A stretch of 64,000 bases of DNA from Hemiscyllium ocellatum (taxonomy: Eukaryota), in assembly GCF_020745735.1 (NCBI RefSeq), contig NC_083413.1, positions 97,870,409 to 97,934,408 on the forward strand. Reading direction: 5' to 3'. Of this stretch, positions 60,484 through 64,000 are shown one piece after another (positions within the stretch are counted from its first letter, which is position 1; each line of letters begins with the position of its first letter). A program made the position numbers and the translations under genes. A model generated the notes under the pieces. It made no database searches. It saw only the letters and a list, made by a program, of their open reading frames with translations, and was not told the DNA's origin.

Positions 60484-61020
60484 TCATGTAAATATATACT
60501 GATTGCCTAGCAAGGATTCAAACTTTTCCTCCTTTTTCTAGTCAACTCCTGACTTATCGTAACAGAGCGTTACATGAGGAGGGTATCGAAAAGGGGTCTG
60601 GGTGTCACTGTCAGAGTCAGGGAAAAGTGCCCAAAAGCGTGCTGGAATGCGGACGGAGTACTGGCCTTTCTGTGTCAAGCGGATCTCTTCTGGGGTGCAC
60701 TTGATGATCACGCCAAGACCACCAAGAATATCTCGTCCTAGGATGTTGATACCAATGTGGGGGTTAATTACAAATTCATGCTCCCATTCGTCATTTTCCC
60801 AGCTAACTTTCAATGGTTTAGTAATTTGATAAGGCACGAACTTGCCCTCAAACCCCAATAAACGTTGAATCTTGTTACCACAAGGATAGTGGGTCCCTGC
60901 TAGTGAAGATGCGCATGCTCCTGTGTCAACCAAAAAGCGTTCAGGGGTACTTTCAATTAATAGGGTCACAATGGGCTCTGGAATGGCGTTGTGAGAAAAG
61001 ACAGGCAGCATCTCATCATA
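60484..61020 (-). pseudogene. pro: Aspartic protease plus N-terminal half of 2H-phosphoesterase-like domain, two in-frame stops
   Basis: FLVDTGA and ILGRD; then PPHVTL; TAG at 60540-60538 and TGA at 60486-60484, same frame as gag and pol. Confidence 0.9.
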
Positions 61021-62967
61021 TCACTGTTGTGGGGGCGGTGGGGGTGGTAGTATATTACTAAACGGATTTTGGCCGCCATAGCCACCTCTGGGGGTGCCTT
61101 GAGCACCCCGGCCCCTTCCTCCTCTGCTCCCTCGACCTCGTGGCTGTTCAGGGCAATCTTGTTTCCAATGGCTAGGATTTCCACAGTTAAAACAACCCTT
61201 CCCTTTAAAGTTATTCGTGGCCCGAAATGTCTGGGGCTGACTGGGATAACCCGAATTCCAGAGATTGGGAGTCCACGGCTGGCCACGCCAGTCAGGGGGA
61301 CCTAATGAGTAAGGACCACCCCTAGCTGGACCATTTGGGTGCTGCATCGCGTGAAACTCGCCCTTTTGGTTTTGCCAGCCTGGGACATAAAAATCCGGTT
61401 CCAGCTGATAGCCTCTATTGTCAGACTGCAGCTGGGGACCGGGTAATCTCCACAGCCCTTGCTGCTGGGTCTGCTGGGGAGGGGTGGGAGGTTGCCGCAA
61501 GGGGGCCATGGTATTTTGATCACTTTCCCGTACAACAAATTCAGATTTAATAGGTTTTTCGGCCTTAGGACCGTCACCCTCACCCCATAATGCTTTAATT
61601 GCCCTAGCTGTATCACCCTGTGAGGAATTGATCCAATTTAAGTTGTTAGTTTTCCATCTATCTTGTGTAGGTTTAGGCAAAGTATTCATCAAGAGACTAT
61701 TATACTGTTGTGAGACCGCCCCCGCTCCCAAAGGGAAAAGAGGGTCCCCAGAATATGTGCCATACGTTTCATTAAACCTCTGTAGGTATTCCTCAGCACC
61801 CTCCCCCTTTTTTGGTTTTAGATCAATGATTTTTGCGAAGTAAACCGGTTTTCTGAGGACCTGCCGCATTGCTTCTTTAATTTCCTGCTCCTGTTGTTGT
61901 TGGTTCGGGTGTTGTGCTGTAAAAGCAGTCCAACTGTTGGCACCAGGGGGCATATCTAATATTTCTAAAAATTTTGTCCACTTCAAGCCAATAAACACAA
62001 CCCTCAAAAAATTCCAGATATCTTCTCCCACTGCCCCGTAAGCCTGCCAAATGCTTTCAACTGATTCACACTATTTTTGTGGATCCTTATCTTTGTCAGG
62101 GAGATTCATAGTCAGTGCCAAAATTTCCTGCGGTTTCCATGGCGTAAAAATTTCTAGGGTAGGAGGGTGACGAACCGCAGCGACAGGAGGGACAGCATTC
62201 GGCTGGGCGGGGACTCTTACCCGTCCCGCTTGAGGGTTAGGAACAGTACGCATAGGGAACATGTGACCTGAGGGTTCCTCTATCTCTGAACTGTCATCGT
62301 CAGCCTCCTCTGTCCAAGGGTAGGGCAATTGCTGTTCGGGTTCACACTGTGGTGGAGGCCGATATCCTTTTTTACCTGTGCTTGGGGTAAAACTCCTTTC
62401 ACTACGTGCCTCCTGGGGTGCTGTACCCGATGGAGGGGGTTGGGGAGGAGATTCCACATTCGTAGAACTAATTCCCTTATCCTCCCATCCTGCACCCAGC
62501 CTCAGGTCTGACAATGCCGTCTCCACCGCTTGGTTGGCCAACCGTTTGTTCTTATTAATATTTTCATCAAAATTTGCACATGCAACCTTGAGCTCATGGA
62601 GGGTCAAAGGAAGCCCATCCTTAGTGACACTTAACCCCCTTTTTGTAGCATTATGTAACCAACTGTTGTAAACCTTCTGCTCGTGTTGTTGTTTAGCTTC
62701 CTCTTTCTTTCTAAAGCATGCATCTCTTAGTTTAGCCATAATTTTCTTACCCTTCTTTCCCCCTGTTCCCTCTTTCCATACTAACTCCGTAGCTCTTTTT
62801 ACAATCTCCAATTTCCACGTACCCCCTGCAGGCCATTCATCAGGTCCCAATTTTTCTGTTAGCCATCCTGACAATTTCCTGAGTGACTGTGCATCCTCAG
62901 GATCTTCTGCGCAGACTGTTACAATTAATGATCCCGAATCCTCACATTTATCCATAAACTGTCCCAT
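61021..62967 (-). pseudogene. gag: gag (648 codons) with one premature in-frame TAG at codon 299
   Basis: MGQ myristoylation start; MHR-like KKGEGAEEYLQRF; single CX2CX4HX4C knuckle CFNCGNPSHWKQDC; frame continues across the TAG at 62073-62071 (DPQK*CESVESIWQAYGAVGEDIW). Confidence 0.93.
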
Positions 62968-63202
62968 AATATTCCCTAAACTTTCCCTAACCTTTTGTGA
63001 GTGTTGCGTTTATTAGATCCTGCTCAAGGGACTTTAAACCCTCTCACACATACGTACCTCGGTGCTTTTATGAGGACTCTAACCCCATGGGACTTTAAAC
63101 CCGTACGTATCTAAACAACTACTTGTGAGCGGTGCTTTTATGAGATCCTGCTCAAGGGACTTTAAACCCACTCACACATACGTACGTATCTAACTATTCT
63201 TA

Positions 63203-63241
63203 CTTCTTACCGCGCTCCCAGCACCTTTTTATTCCTACCTT
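63203..63241 (-). promoter_or_regulatory. Candidate ERV splice donors in the leader
   Basis: AAG|GTAGGA (63238) and GCG|GTAAGA (63210). Confidence 0.5.
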
Positions 63242-63482
63242 CTATAGCACTCCCAGTGCTTTTGTGGTGGTCCCTTTAAAAAGCTGTTCACTGGTTCGTT
63301 CTCGATCCCGTCCGGTAGCAGCTCCTGCTGCGGTGAGTTGGATCCAGGTCCGCCCCTGACTTGAGGAGACACTAGTCGCGAGTCCCAAACGGTATACTCA
63401 CGTCGTAGTTGGGCCCATGTCCACCTTGCCACAGCAAGACCGTGTCCTGTTCAACCGTCACCAGGAGCCGCCTTCCGTTGGG

Positions 63483-63500
63483 ATCCCACCGCTGCCACCA
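63483..63500 (-). promoter_or_regulatory. Primer binding site, tRNA-Leu (AAG/TAG)
   Basis: TGGTGGCAGCGGTGGGAT is complementary to the 18 3'-terminal nt of vertebrate tRNA-Leu (...ATCCCACCGCTGCCACCA), 3 nt from the LTR end. Confidence 0.9.
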
Positions 63501-63503
63501 AAA

Positions 63504-64000
63504 TGTGAAAGCTCAGCCACGTTACCTGGCTTTCTGTGAACGCCTGTCCAAGAACAGAGAACCACCACTTAATTAATGCACTTCAACAGTACTGTTTTTA
63601 TTCAAGACTATCAGTATATGAATATACTAACAAGGCTTGGGAGAGAAAAGCCACTTAGACCACACTGGGTAATAAAGAGTGGATTCTCTCACCGTTGATA
63701 GGGAAAGTTGTAACATTTATACATAACTTCTCACGCAATACAGAGTCCCGTGTCATTAAGCTATCGCAAAGTATATTAATCAAAGTATACTTAATTGTAA
63801 GCTTACACATCAAAACATGCTCTAAATCTAACACACAGACACCAGCACCCATCTGGTTAAGATATTAACACTATCTTTAAAGTCAGACATTGACTCCCAT
63901 TATTTTTCTAACTCTTCAAAGCAACAGTCAAATCTCAGAGATGCTCTTTAAATGTAAACATTCAAACCTCATTAATGTGTTACAGCTAGACCGTAAGGCA
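63504..64000 (-). repeat. ERV 5' LTR (partial, 497 bp in window)
   Basis: Colinear with 53875-54371 without indels. Confidence 0.95.

Larger units (their letters stand above)
53875..64000 (-). mobile_element. Endogenous retrovirus provirus (class I, gamma/epsilon-like); 5' LTR truncated by window end, predicted end ~64219
   Basis: LTR-PBS-leader-gag-pro-pol-env-PPT-LTR are all present in order on the minus strand. Confidence 0.97.

Overview
Vertebrate genomic DNA from a cartilaginous fish, most likely a shark (inferred from HE1/V-SINEs, CR1-rich background and shark-type IgM). The window has three parts. (1) 1-28 kb: repeat-rich intergenic DNA with CR1 LINE fragments, Penelope-like elements (PLEs), a 2.1-kb G-rich minisatellite, a 200-N gap and a ~590-bp inverted duplication. 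(2) 28.9-50.7 kb, + strand: one complete, germline (unrearranged), apparently functional IgM heavy-chain cluster, L-VH-D1-D2-JH-CH1-CH2-CH3-CH4/secretory tail-TM1-TM2, with RSS spacers 23 / 12-23 / 12-12 / 23. (3) 53.9 kb to the window end, - strand: a young ~10.3-kb class I (gamma/epsilon-like) endogenous retrovirus with LTRs 98.8% identical over the 497 bp that can be compared, a tRNA-Leu PBS, gag-pro-pol in one frame with three internal nonsense codons, and an open 793-aa env. The most interesting signals are: a candidate 2H-phosphoesterase domain between protease and RT; an Env with two furin sites and a CX6CC motif but no SU CXXC; and short palindromic cassettes, three flanked by 14-15 bp target-site duplications, carrying minimal hammerhead ribozymes, including copies inside IgM introns. 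All alignments and counts were done by eye; no database searches were run, and repeat boundaries are approximate.
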